In this document: positions 13,531 through 25,310 of the stretch, one piece after another | Numbering within the stretch: the first letter of the stretch is position 1 | How the letters are laid out: every line of letters starts with the position of its first letter | Source of the DNA: Felis catus | Lineage: Eukaryota | Direction of reading: 5' to 3' | Length of the DNA stretch: 64,000 nucleotides | Assembly: GCF_018350175.1 (NCBI RefSeq) | Contig: NC_058368.1 | Location: forward strand, 234,176,001 to 234,240,000 | Translations under genes and position numbers: made by a program | Notes under the pieces: generated by a model | The model's database searches: none | What the model was told of the DNA's origin: nothing | The model's input: the letters and a program-made list of their open reading frames with translations, nothing else

Positions 13531-14139
13531 CTTCTTCCTTGTTCAGAACAAGCAAGAAAAGCCTGGAGAAGAGGGGACATCGGGTCCAGAGGTCCAGAGG
13601 GGCCGGGATCTGACCGTATTACAATTCCGTACCAATCACAGGGTCCGTGTGCTCGTGCGGAAGGTCCATCCTGGCCCTATAGATTCCTTGTAACTCCCAC
13701 CTCCCTTTTCCTCTGGACCCATCCCCCTCTCCCCCAGCCCCCACACATGAAGAGGAGGTTTTTTCATGTGTTTGTGGAACAGACATGACACAGAGCAAGG
13801 ACTGGGCTTTCCCCGGGCTCCAACCTCAGCACTTAGAGCACTCCCTGCCCCACTGGAGCTTCTTTTGCTCAAGGAACGGGCAGATGGTGTGGCCCTGGAC
13901 TCGGTGGGGCCCAGGACAGTAAGTGGGACATACAGACATGGAGACGTGCGGGGGCTTGTCCCCCAGGTGGCAGGTGGCCACGTCCTGAGGCAAGGACGCC
14001 AGCCTGGAAGGAGCATTCTGACCGAAGCCTGGCAACACAGGGTCCTTGAAGAGCCATTTAAGAACTGTGGACACTTAACCCTCAGGAGCAAGTAGAAGCC
14101 ACGTCCAGTTTTAGTCAAAGAAGGTACTTCGACCATAAA

Positions 14140-14640
14140 GAAGCAGAAACACAGATGGCTGTTGTGCTCCTAATGTCTCCTCCTCCCTTTTCCCTTAGGA
14201 ACAGAATCCTAACACTATTTGGGGTGACGATGTGTCCGGCTAAAAGACGACACGTCCCATCTGCCTGGCAATAACGTGTGGCAATAACATTGTGGCCAAA
14301 AAATATAAGCGAACATATGTGCAAGATTTCTGGGAGGTCTTCTTAAAAGAGTCTTCTACAAGTAGAAGGGGAACCCTTTTCTCCCTCCTCCCTATTTCCA
14401 TTCTTGCTGCATAGGACACAGACGTGATGGCTGGAGCTCCAGCAGCCTCTTGAGCCATGAGTTGTACATGGTGGTAGGAGCCACATGCTGACAGTAATCA
14501 AATAGAAGGAGGCTGGTCCTTGAGGACATGCAGATACTGTCACAGCAGCCTGGGACTGACAACCTCCCCCCCCCCCCCAGCTTCTCCAGACAAAATAAAC
14601 CCTTATGGCTTAAGTCGGTATTATTTGGGGTCTTCTGTTA
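14140..14640 (+). mobile_element. MaLR LTR (MLT1J-like)
   Basis: 'gacgtgatggctggagctccagcagcc..ttgagccatgag' and 'aaataaacccttat..cttaag'. Confidence 0.75.
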
Positions 14641-14800
14641 AGTGCTGCCATTCTGCCAAGGGCCCCTGGGAACACACCTGTACCTGAACAAGTTGTGTTT
14701 ATTACTCACTGCAGTGAGACAGAACCCACAGTATGGAGAACAGTAGGGCACCTCAGTACAAGCACCTGAGAAAGGGCTCACAGGGTCTGGCTTTATACTA
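14640..14800. mobile_element. ERV LTR-like fragment, family uncertain
   Basis: 'acacacctgtacctgaacaagttg.gtttattactca.tgcag' resembles an old ERV LTR read in reverse. Confidence 0.4.
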
Positions 14801-15350
14801 CAAAACTGTGGGTGGAAAGGACACTGTGTAAGAAGAAGACACCCTGAAATGTAATGTAGTTCTTTCGTATTTGACGAATACAAATTTAAATTTCCAGTTT
14901 AACATGAATGAATAAATTGCTAATGCCACTCGGACTTCTGGTCACAAGCGAAGCCCACGTATTTGTTCAAGCATATGTTTTGTTAATTTCCCATTGCCCA
15001 AGTCCTTGATCCGGGCATAAGCAAACTTCGGGGTTTGATACATCAAAATGCATGTGATTTGGTTAGCACCAGCTGGGATCAGCTTAAAGACTAGTCTACA
15101 CTTCGTTCTTCAGGACAACAAAATAAGTCAGACAGGTTCTGAAGTGCACTAAGTCAAAACGGGGTGGCATCTGAATTAATTTTGGGGATTGCAATAAGGA
15201 ATTTATTTTGTGCTCATCTTTTATAGGTGAAATGTAGTTGCTCTGTGCCTGAGGCGAAAATCCAAAAATAACGAGGCTTCCATGTAATTGTCACCCACTT
15301 TAGATGCTGTTGAAAGAAAATTAATCAAGTTGATCCAGAATGTGAGGGGA

Positions 15351-15572
15351 GGGGCGCCTGGGTGGCACAGTCGGTTAAGCGTCCAACTTCAGCCAGGTCG
15401 TGATCTCGCGGTCTGTGAGTTCGAGCCCCGCATCGGGCTCTGGGCTGATGGCTCAGAGCCTGGAGCCTGTTTCCGATTCTGTGTCTCCCTCTCTCTCTGC
15501 CCCTCCCCCGTTCATGCTCTGTCTCTCTCTGTCCCAAAAATAAATAAACGTTGAAAAAAAAATTTATAAAAA
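15351..15572 (+). mobile_element. Young feline SINE (SINEC_Fc-type)
   Basis: Diagnostic 'ttcagccaggtc', 'gggctgatggctc', 'tgtttccgattc'; perfect 14-bp TSD agaatgtgagggga at 15337-15350 and 15573-15586. Confidence 0.97.
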
Positions 15573-15799
15573 AGAATGTGAGGGGAAATACAGTATTTTT
15601 TTGTTAGTATTCTAAACTAACATAGCTATTAAAGAAAGCAAGGATGGTCATACAAGGTAGCTAGAGGAAAATCATCGTTCTGCATGTAAACGGCTTTGAA
15701 TGTGTGTGTCATTTTTAAACAGGTGTTAAAATATGCCCACGTCATTGTTCTAGAACTTCATAGCATGAACTGGATAACGAACTGGCTGCTCAGAAACTG

Positions 15800-16910
15800 T
15801 CATCCATCCACACATCTGTTCATTTATTCAACAAATACGTACTGAGCGTCTAGGACAGACTTAGTTCTCTATCAGGAGTTGAGAGTAAACATCTTGAATT
15901 CAAGGAGCTTACTACCTGCTGGAGGAGACAGAATAAGAATAAATAGATACTCACCAAAAAGAAAGTGTTCAGAGAGTGGGGCGGGGGGGCACGATGGAAA
16001 CGTGGGTTATGAGTGCCTAACCCAGCCTGGAAGGTAGGGGTGCTTTCGGAGGCAGAGACCTCAGTGCTGGTGTAGGGAGGTGGACAGACCACTTCCAGAA
16101 GCCTGTCACACAGAAGAAGAAAGGGTACGTGCAGAGCACAGAGGGAACAGAGCAGTCGCCCAGGACACAGGTGCAAGCCTCTATGCTCTGTGACACTTTG
16201 TCATGAAGCTTCATTGTGACAATGGCTAAGTAGCACGCTCCACGTTAAGAAACTCAGATTTCACCCCGAAGGAGCGGGGAAGCCCAAGCTGAAAGACGTG
16301 AGTCAGAGGAGGGACCTGGCAGGTGACGTTCAGAAATCTCTCTACCTGGCATTTGCAGAGTGGTTGGGCCAGCCGTGGAAACAGGACCAGAGTAGGTAGC
16401 AGGTGTCATGGCCATTCCAAGCAAAACTGAAAAGATCCATCCCATGTAGCAACTGGGTTGAAGAGCTATGGAGGGAACGACGTCAGATTTTAATACCGGG
16501 GATAAAGAGAAGTGGGGTCCTGGAGGCCGACCTGACCTCACGATTCGGAAGGGGGGTGGGTGTTGTTGCGAGAGAGTCTGCAGGAAGGCAGAGAAAGGAC
16601 TTACAAGGGACAGAGGAGGAGACCACTGATTCAGGCTGGGCCCCCCCGAGGAAGGCGGCCGAGAGGGACAGGGCGCCTGGCCGGAGGGGGTGGTGGCGCA
16701 GAGAAGGACGGACCTACTCTTCAGGACAGTGAGGAGGAAGGGAGGGCCCATCGGGCCCCTGGGTGCACTGCGAGCAGGAGAGGAAGGACTTTGAGAGAGA
16801 GCTGAAGATGCCTTCAGACCCTCGGGTGGGTTGTGCAGCAGGGATCCACTTGGAGAGCTGAGCAAGGGCAGGGCATTTGGAATTAAAAGCTGCCTGAAGA
16901 CGAACAGAAG
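15800..16910 (-). mobile_element. L2 fragment (3' end plus decayed RT region)
   Basis: Reverse L2 terminus 'catttattcaacaaatac.tactgagcgtcta' followed by purine-rich antisense L2 body. Confidence 0.75.
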
Positions 16911-17379
16911 AGAGTTACAAGCATCGTATCTCAGGGAGGAAGACGGTTTGTTTCTGACTTCGGCAGGGCCAGCGAGCAAGGTTATTTATTTATTTGCACA
17001 CGTACTTATTTATTTAGGCGTCAGAAGAACAAAGAGCAAAAGGATGACTGAATTCCCCCAGGGAAAGCGAGGATGGCAGCCGGGAGACCACGCATGACAG
17101 GCGACTGGCGAATCAGCTGAAAGGAACCTAGCAAAGCCAGAGAGAGGCTGGTGACATCGATGATAACTCCCATCCTGGGGTCTAGACTCAGAAAATGGGA
17201 AGGCATGAAACCAGAGGCCCAGAATGCGGGTGGTGAGGGGTTTGGGCGGGGGGGGGGGGGGGGACACCAAGACTGGAATGAGTCAAAGCACAGAAGTAGC
17301 AGGGCGAGAGGTTTTTATTGGGGAAAAGGTACCTCCAGAAGCTGTGGTCACAGCTGTGAGGTTTTGAGCTGCGGCCACA

Positions 17380-17381
<2 letters not shown>

Positions 17382-17422
<41 letters not shown>
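17382..17422. repeat. (GT)n microsatellite
   Basis: Directly visible. Confidence 0.95.
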
Positions 17423-17424
<2 letters not shown>

Positions 17425-17589
17425 CGAGATGCGCTGCAGGGAAGGGCCATCTGAGTTGGAAGATTATAAACAGGTCCTGCCAGAGGCCAAAGGTTGGGAA
17501 TAATCCATGTATTTTGTGCGACATTGTGACAAAGGCTTAGCAAATATCCGAATATTCACGACATTCGGATCAAAGGGTACGGCATTCTC

Positions 17590-17787
17590 CTTCAAAGTGC
17601 ATACCTCCCATCTAATGGCAAGAAAACATCAGGGCGCCAGTCGGTTGAGCGTCCGACTTCAGCTCAGGTCACGATCTCCCAGTTCGTGGGTTCGAGCCCC
17701 GCGTCGGGCTCTGTGCCGACGGCTCGGAGCCTGGAGCCTGCTTCGGATTCTGTGTCTCCCTCCCTCTCTGCTCCTCCTCTGCACTCG

Positions 17788-17818
<31 letters not shown>

Positions 17819-18450
17819 AAAAATAAATAAACATTAGAAAAAAAAGTTTAGGGGCGCCTGGGTGGTTCAGTCGGTTAATCGTCCAACCTCGGCTCAGGTC
17901 ATGATCTCATGGTCCGTGAGTTCAAACCCCAGGTCAGGCTCTGCGCTGACAGCTCGGAGCCTGGAGCCTGCTTCGGATTCTGTGTCTCCCTCTCTCGCTG
18001 CCCCTCCCCTGCTTGCACACTGTCTCACTCTGTCTCTCAAAAATAAATAAATGTAAAAAGAAAAAAAGTTTGGGAAATATCAGACAACCCCAGTTTGAAG
18101 GGCATTCTACCAAATTCCTGACCATGACGCTTGGCATGTGCCGGGAGCATAAAGACACGGAAAGCCTGAGGATCTGTCACAGACTGATTGGACCAAGGAG
18201 ATACGAGAGCTACACGCAGCATGGAACCCCGGGTTCGATCCTGGGACAGAATAAAACATTAGCAGAAAAGCTGATGAAATCTGACAGAGTCTATAACCTA
18301 GCTAAGAGTAACGGATCAGCGTTAGTTTCTTACTTTTCATAACTGTGCTCCAGTTATGCAAGATGGGATGCTGGGCGAAAGTTACACAGGAACTTGTACT
18401 ATCTTCGCAACTTTTCTGAAAGTTTAAAATTATTTCAAACTCAAAAACTA
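17590..18450 (+). mobile_element. L1MC/MD-type 3' UTR, interrupted by a SINE pair
   Basis: 'atcagacaacccca.tttgaagggcattctac' and 'ggaact.gtactatctt.gcaacttttctg..agtttaaaattatttcaaa'. Confidence 0.8.
17632..18068 (+). mobile_element. Two head-to-tail Can-SINEs (17632-17848; 17851-18068)
   Basis: Two heads, (CT)n and A-tails; the first head lacks part of the A-box region. Confidence 0.95.
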
Positions 18451-18737
18451 AACAAGGGACGGGTGTGAAGTCGACTATTTGTCCCAGAGAATTGCGGATA
18501 CCTCTGGCCCTACTATTCTTAAACCATCTCATCATGGAGCCTTCGACACGAAGTCCACTCTCAAGCGAAAAACACCGCAGCTAGGAGCTGCCTGGAGCAC
18601 CGCAGTTACAAGCTTTCCACTTCCAAATCAAAGTGGGAAACCCTGCATTCATTTAGTAACACGCCCGCCACAATCACGATAGCTCCTCCCGACATCGGCA
18701 GGACGGCCATGATTCATGCCTGCGCAAATTACCAAGT

Positions 18738-19425
18738 GTGTGGTAGGGAGAATAATGCCCCCGACCAAAGAGGTTTACGTCCTGACGCCCAGAACCTCTG
18801 AATATGTCAGGTTACGAGGAAAAGGGGGAATCTGAGTTCCGGATGAAATCGAGGTTGCTAATCAGCTGACCCTGAGCTGAGATTATCGCGCGTTATCCAG
18901 GCGGAGCCAATGTAACCACAAGAGTCAAAAATGGAAAAGAAAATTGGAAGAGAGAAAGAGAGAAGCGGACGGATGGCCGGGTAAGAAGGACTCAGTCCGA
19001 GGTTCCCAGCTTTGAAGACGAAGGAACGTGGGCAGCTTCTGGAAGCTTGCCTTGTTAGGCAAGGATCTTTCAGAAAGGAACCCAGTCCCGGGGCACCTGG
19101 GTGGCTCAGTGGGTTGGGTGTCTTGATGCTTGATTTTGGCTCAGGTCATGATCCCAGGGTCGTGGGATCAAGCCCTGTGTCAAGCTCTGTGCTGAGCCTG
19201 CTAAGATGCTCTCTCTCCTTCTGCCCCTCTCCCACTTGCTCTCTCTCTTTCTCTCTCTCTCTCAAATTAAAAAAAAGAAAGAAAGAAAGAAAAGAAAGGA
19301 ACACAGGCCAGCCAACATCCAGGTTTTAGGGCAGTGAGACCATCAGACTTATGAACTGCACAGCTGTAGGATAAAAATGTGTTGTTCTGAGACACTACAT
19401 CTATGGTCATTTGCTAGGACAGCCT
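18738..19425 (+). mobile_element. MaLR LTR (MLT1D-like) containing a SINE
   Basis: 'tgtggtagggagaataatgcccc...gaatatgt...gttgctaatcagctgacc' and a 3' end 'tatggtcatttgctaggacagc'. Confidence 0.85.
19090..19292 (+). mobile_element. Can-SINE (older subtype)
   Basis: Head, (CT)n, (GAAA)n tail; TSD agaaaggaac.cag. Confidence 0.92.
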
Positions 19426-19874
19426 CAGGGACTGACTCGAAGGACAATAAGGCCCCTTAGAACCTTGTGCTGTTGTGGATCCAGGAAAACAGAGACCAAA
19501 ACTGGCCACAGCACCACTGACCATAGGTTGACGTCTGGTAAAACGTCCTCTACTTGCGACAAATATGGGAACAGATTGTACTGGATGTTCTTAGAGCACA
19601 CACCACATGTTCGACCCTCTGGACAGAACAAGGCAGAGTTCCAGAGTGAGGCCTGCCTTGTTCCAGAACGCAGGCCCTTCACCAACCAGAAATGGGGAGT
19701 CACCCCAGCTCTGGGGCACCGAGGTGACTGCGGCTGGGAGGTTCTCATGCCCATCCTGACACTTTGTAGGGACACCGACCCTCAGCAGTAACTTGGCCAG
19801 AGCCTGGAGGTCTGAAGTGAGCAGCAGGCTGATGCAAGTCAACTTGAATGTCACATTTAAAATGTAGATGTTCA

Positions 19875-20068
19875 GGGCACCTGACTGGCTCCATGGGTTG
19901 GGTGTCTTGACTCTTGATTTCGGCTCAGGTCGCGTCCCCAGGGCAGTGGGAGCGTGGAGCCTGCTTAAGATTCTCTCTCTTCCTCTCCCTCTGCCTCTCT
20001 CCCCGTGCTCAGTCTCTTTCTTTCTCTCTCTCTCTCCCTCTCAAATAAATTTAAAAAAAATTAAACAG
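19875..20068 (+). mobile_element. Can-SINE (older subtype)
   Basis: Head 'gggcacctgactggctc', (CT)n, A-tail. Confidence 0.9.
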
Positions 20069-21655
20069 TAAAATGTCAATGTGTCATTGGCGTTTTGTAT
20101 TTGATTTCGGGGGGATGGTGGATGGCCAGTGGTCGGCCTCACGAGACTCATGGATACACCTACATAAGCCAGGAAAACAAGGCCCCGTGACGTGGCTCCA
20201 GGCACCGAAGCCAAGGCACCCTCACCCCCACACCTGCCGTGTGGGGATGCCCTGGACCTCTGGAGATACGACTGGCGGGGCCACCTGCAGGGAGACCCTT
20301 TCCCTTCCCTGCCCCGTTGACAGGCGCGTGTTACAGGCTTTAGAGCTTTAACTCCTTGTTCCTGCTGTCATCGGGTCTTGCTTGTAGGAGACCCCTCACC
20401 CCCACCCCCGCCCCACCCAACTAGCCAGTTGAAGCCAGCAAGGAATCTGAGAAAGGCCACCAGGGGCCCAGCTGGACAGCCCAGCGTGGACTTGATGGCC
20501 AGGAGCGACACACTGAGGGTCAGGCCCTGTGAAGACCCTCATGCTGCCCCCGGGACACAGACCCCGTGCTGGTGGGCACAGGTGTTAGACTCCGCCCTCC
20601 ACCACGATCGCGGCCCAAAGGAGCAAGCATGGCTGCTCCCCTTCCAGAAAGCACCTTCCTAAGGCTCCCCACTTCCTCGGACGCAAAGTCATCCAGGCAC
20701 AGCCGATCAGCAGGCCCAGGTCACATGTCTGCATCCTGGCCCAAAGGCATCTGGGAATGCGCTTTCTTGGCTTCTACCCTGGGGAGTGGGAACAGAAGAC
20801 ACGGCACATGACTATCACCTTTCTTTTGGGGCAGGACTTCCTCTCTCAAGGGAGAAGGAGAAGAAAAAGGAGGAGAAGAGATTCTTCATATTCTTAGTGA
20901 CGATGTGTTTAATCAGGCAACCCCCCCACCTAAATGAAGGACAAAAACCTCACAGATTGGGTTAATAAACACGATCAGCCTACGTGCTGCTTACAAAAGA
21001 CACACCAAAAGTAAAATAAAGCAGACAATTACAAATAAAAAGATGAATGTAGGCCAGTCAGGCGACCACGTACAAAAAAGAAATGACAGCTCAGTTAACA
21101 CCAGAGCAAGGAGAATTCAAGACGAAATGGAATCCATGTGACAGGGAGGAGCACTCATCAATTCAAGGGATAATTCATTATAAGAGGAAAAAAGTCGTGA
21201 AACCCTCAAGAGACACATAGCATATCCTCAAGGAGATTGAAAAATAAAGGAGATGGAAATAAAAAGGCACACTTGACTAAAAACACCGAAAATGGATTAG
21301 GACACGAACCGCAGGGTAAAACAGACCAAGTACACAGGAAACGTAAATGGTATCACTGTGGATTTGTTAATACGCTCTATTCTGTGGGCTCACAGGGAGA
21401 AGATAATCGGCTTATACGCATCCACAGAATTAGTAGCAAAACATGACCTCATCTAAAGACAGGAAGAAGTTACATATTAATGACAGTTTAAATACAAGAC
21501 TTCCTTCCAGAGATGTTAAGACATCCTCACAAATAACTTTTGATTGAAGAGTAAACAGAAGTACACATTCTAAAACCGTGTGTCATTTTCATTAGGGCCG
21601 TAGCACCCCCAACCTTTAGGGCGTGTAGTCAAAGCTGTATTTAAAAGCGAATGTA

Positions 21656-21886
21656 GGGGCGCCTGGGTGGCGCAGTCGGTTAAGCGTCCGACTTCAGCCA
21701 GGTCACGATCTCGCGGTCTGTGAGTTCGAGCTCCGCGTCAGGTTCTGGGCTGATGGCTCGGAGCCTGGAGCCTGTTTCCGATTCTGTGTCTCCCTCTCTC
21801 TCTGCCACTCCCCCGTTCATGCTCTCTCTCTGTCCCAAAAATAAAAATAAAAAACATTGAAAAAAAAATTAAAAAAAATAAATAAA
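21656..21886 (+). mobile_element. Young feline SINE (SINEC_Fc-type)
   Basis: Diagnostic bases; perfect 14-bp TSD taaaagcgaatgta at 21642-21655 and 21887-21900. Confidence 0.97.
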
Positions 21887-22499
21887 TAAAAGCGAATGTA
21901 TTTCTTTAAATGCTCTCACTGTTAAAAGAGGAAGAATAAAATCTGTGTGAACTATGCATTTGCTCAAAAAAGTCATAAACTTTTTTTTATACGAAGCCTT
22001 GCTCGCTTTAAGTAGCTAAAATAATCTGATACCAAAGTTGACAAGGTCGCATGCATGTAGATAGATACGAAATCCTAAAATGTTGGCAAATTGAATTAAA
22101 CGTGTCAAAAGAACATTCCAATGAAATACAGAACTAATATTGAACTACATTACTACAATATCAAGCTATCACTTCAAAAGATCAAATACACAAATATTTC
22201 AGCAGACACTTTAAATGGCTTTTGACATAGTTCAATATTTATAGCAGGTTAGCATTTTTAATAAAACAAATTTTAAAAATAATAGTTGGTGAACATGATA
22301 AAAAAAAATGGCTATCTTAAATTAGTGGGCAAAATCATGTCTAAAATTCAAGTGGCTTTTCCAGAGGAGTCAGAAATGAAACCATTATGCCTGGTAAGTA
22401 CACTGTTTATTGTGTTTGTGGAAGTTGAGCATAAGATATTATAAAGTAAGCATTAGAAAGAAGAGGAAACCCAACGGAAAAGAGGCAATAACATCATAC

Positions 22500-22712
22500 T
22501 TTTTTTTAATGTTTATTTGTTTTTGAGGGAGCAAGAGAGACAGAGCATGAGTGGGGGAGGGGCACAGAGAGAGGGAGACACAGAATCTGACGCAGGCTCC
22601 AGGCTCCGAGCTATAAGCACAGAGCCCTATGCAGGGTTCAATCCCATGAACCATGAGATCATGAACCGAGCTGAAGTCGGATGCTCAACCGACTGAGCCA
22701 CCCAGGCACCCC
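22500..22712 (-). mobile_element. Can-SINE
   Basis: Poly-T, (GA)n, reverse head; TSD acatcata.tttttt. Confidence 0.95.
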
Positions 22713-24106
22713 TAAAGACATCATATTTTTTAAAGACGTCATTGTACTTCTAGGGAAAAAAATGAAAAGGCCTATTTTGAAAAAATACATCAGAATTAAT
22801 CAAGGGGCACAGTAAATTTTTCACAGTCAACATAAATACCAAATGCCACAGTTTTACTCTGTATTGCCAATAACCTGTTAGAAAATATAATAGAAGAAAA
22901 TCAACAGGAAACACAAAATATCTGTCTAAAAAGAAACGAGTCATAGACGCTATGAAGATGGCCAAGGGGCAGAGAGAGACAGAAGAAACCAGTCAACAGC
23001 AGAACTTAGAAAGGGAACAGGGGAGGGTCTTACAGGAGCAGCCCCACCAAGAGGGAATCGACAAGAGGGAATTGTGAAACGTCTTATGTTGCAGAAATAT
23101 CGTGAAGGGTGGGGGAGCAAGCAGCCATTTGGATTTGGCTGTTAACCCTCCACGACCACCCAGGGCTCACTGAAACCCCTGAGATCATGCGAGGGCACGT
23201 GCCTGGAGACAAAAAAGAAACAAAGCTTTTCAAGATTTCTTCCATCCCAAGCGAGGTCTAAGTCTCAGACATTCCAACAGTGTGAAATCAATACCCTGGG
23301 AAAACATGGCCTGTACGTCTGATGGATTATTTAACACCAGGAAAGAGGAGGCAGTCTGGGGAGTAGCTTTTTAGCCCTTTTTCTGACGTGCCCAATACTC
23401 CATTAGCAGCAGTCTCCCTGCTGACAGTTGCCTCAGCTAATGACTTTAAGGAATCAATTTCTTTTTCTGAAATCTGACTTGCCCCCAAAACCAGCAGTCA
23501 AGACTTCCCTAAAACAAAGTGAGAGAAAGCGGTCTACTTCATATCGACTTTAGAAGTGCTCCTTCAATTCCAAATTCAAACAATCGGGAAACAGTTACTG
23601 GACCATGAACACACTTAGAAAAAGAAAAAGGAATCTAGAACACAAACATGACTTAGGATCGAAGGATAATTTGCCATCACTAACTTTGGGAATTATTTCT
23701 TGTATTTTTGACAGCTTTCAGGTATATCTGATGTGCTGAGCATTACACATATTCAGTGTGTGCAAATTGATCAGCACAGACGGAAATGACCCCTTTTGTT
23801 TTAGGCGTCAGTCATCTATAAGGCAAAAATGAGAGCTAATTTAAATGCACAACAAATGAATAATGTTGTAAAGGTCAAAAAGACACCTGAGATGCACATT
23901 CCCTGAATGACTCACTTAGCTGCTTGATCCCTCTTTATCTCACATCACCAACATGAAAATGTGTGTGAAAATACTTCATAATGGTAAACTACTGCATAAT
24001 TAGGAAATGTAATTACCACCAACCTACCTACCCACTTTACAGCAAAACAGTGAAGATATGAACCTCTACAAGAAAAGTGTTTTGAACTATTTTGAAAAGC
24101 AGAAGG

Positions 24107-24335
24107 GGGGCGCCTGGGTGGCTCAGTCCGTTGAGCATCCGACTTCAGCTCAGGTCATGATCTCGCGGTCCGTGAGTTTGAGCCCCGCGTCGGGCTCTGT
24201 GCTGACAGCTCAGGGCCTGGAGCCTGCTTCGGATTCTGTGTCTCCCTCTCTCTCTGCCCGTCTCCCACTCAATGCTCTCTCTCTCTCTCTCTTTCTCTGT
24301 CTCTCTCTCAAAAATAAACATTAAATTTTTTTTTT
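24107..24335 (+). mobile_element. Can-SINE
   Basis: Full length; TSD aaaagcaga. Confidence 0.95.
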
Positions 24336-24460
24336 AAAAAGCAGAGGAAAGGCACACATATAAAACACTGAATAGGTTGTGTCCGAATATCCACACAGGT
24401 GGCCAAAGTTTCTGTGAAGAAGTTGCATTTATTTTTATACCTAACTCACATCTGTAGCAC

Positions 24461-24679
24461 TTTTTTTTAATATTTATTTATTTTTGAGACAGAGAGAGAG
24501 AGAGAGACAGAGCATTAGGAAGGGAGGGGCAGAGAGAAAGGGAGACACAGAATCTGAAACAGGCTCCAGGCTCCGAGCTGTCAGCACAGAGCCCGTCGCG
24601 GGGCTCGAACTCACGGACCACGAGATCACGACCTGAGCCAAGGTTGGATGCGTAACCGACTGAGCCACCCAGGCGCCCC
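24461..24679 (-). mobile_element. Can-SINE
   Basis: Full length reverse copy; TSD tcacatctg.agcacttt. Confidence 0.95.
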
Positions 24680-24757
24680 TCACATCTGAAGCACTTTATG
24701 ATGTAAATATTTTACCAAAATCTAACTTTATTGCAAAAGGAGCCACCTTCTTCCAAA

Positions 24758-24970
24758 GTTTTTTTCAACGTTTTATTTTATTTTTGGGACAGAGAGAGAC
24801 AGAGCATGAACAGGGGAGGAGCAGAGAGAGAGGGAGACACAGAATCGGAAACAGGCTCCAGGCTCCGAGCCATCAGCCCAGAGCCCGACGCGGGGCTCGA
24901 ACTCCCGGACCGCGAGATCGTGACCTGGCTGAAGTTGGACGCTTAACCGACTGCGCCACTCAGGCACCCC
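24758..24970 (-). mobile_element. Young feline SINE (SINEC_Fc-type)
   Basis: Diagnostic bases on the reverse strand; no clean TSD seen. Confidence 0.95.
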
Positions 24971-25106
24971 TAAAATTTTAAAATGTGATCATTTCTCCCC
25001 CCAGAGATAGAAACCAAGATCGTTAGGACAGATTAAAGCAGACGAAGGTTGCATCCTGTGTCTTGCACATACAAACCACTGACACACACCATCAGGAAGA
25101 GCGGGC

Positions 25107-25310
25107 AGGGGGCCCCTGGGGGGCGGAGTCGGTTAAGGGACCAACTCTTGGTCTCAGCTCAGGTCATGACCTCACAGTTCACGAGTTCGAGCCCTGCACA
25201 GGGGTCTGCGTTGATGGAGGAGCCTCTGGGGATTCTGCCTCTCCTTCTCTCTGCCCCTCCCCGGCTTGTGCTCTCTATAAACGAATAACAAACAAACGAA
25301 CAAACTTAAA
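25107..25310 (+). mobile_element. Can-SINE (older, diverged)
   Basis: Degenerate head, 'gctcaggtcatgacctcacagttc', A/C-rich tail. Confidence 0.88.

Larger units (their letters stand above)
20930..22930 (+). mobile_element. Fossil L1 ORF2 (endonuclease and RT remnants), interrupted by two SINEs
   Basis: Manual translation gives LTDWVNKHDQPTCCLQKTH (from 20949; cf. L1 DWIKKQDPTICCLQETH), AFDIVQ (cf. AFDKIQ), FPEESEMKPLCLVSTLFIVFVEV (cf. FPLRSGTRQGCPLSPLLFNIVLEV) and FKDVIVLL (cf. FADDMIVYL). Confidence 0.9.

Noticed and set aside
15288..15554. Recurring short ORFs such as 'WVAQSVKRPTSAQV' and 'GRHRIGNRLQA' here and across the window
   Set aside because: These are translations of Can-SINE copies, not a gene family
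16254..16979. 241-aa minus-strand ORF
   Set aside because: It lies in a decayed L2 element and is Pro/Ser-rich, as expected of a chance open frame
21656..21740. tRNA-like A/B-box sequence in SINE heads
   Set aside because: This is the tRNA-derived SINE promoter, with no complete cloverleaf gene
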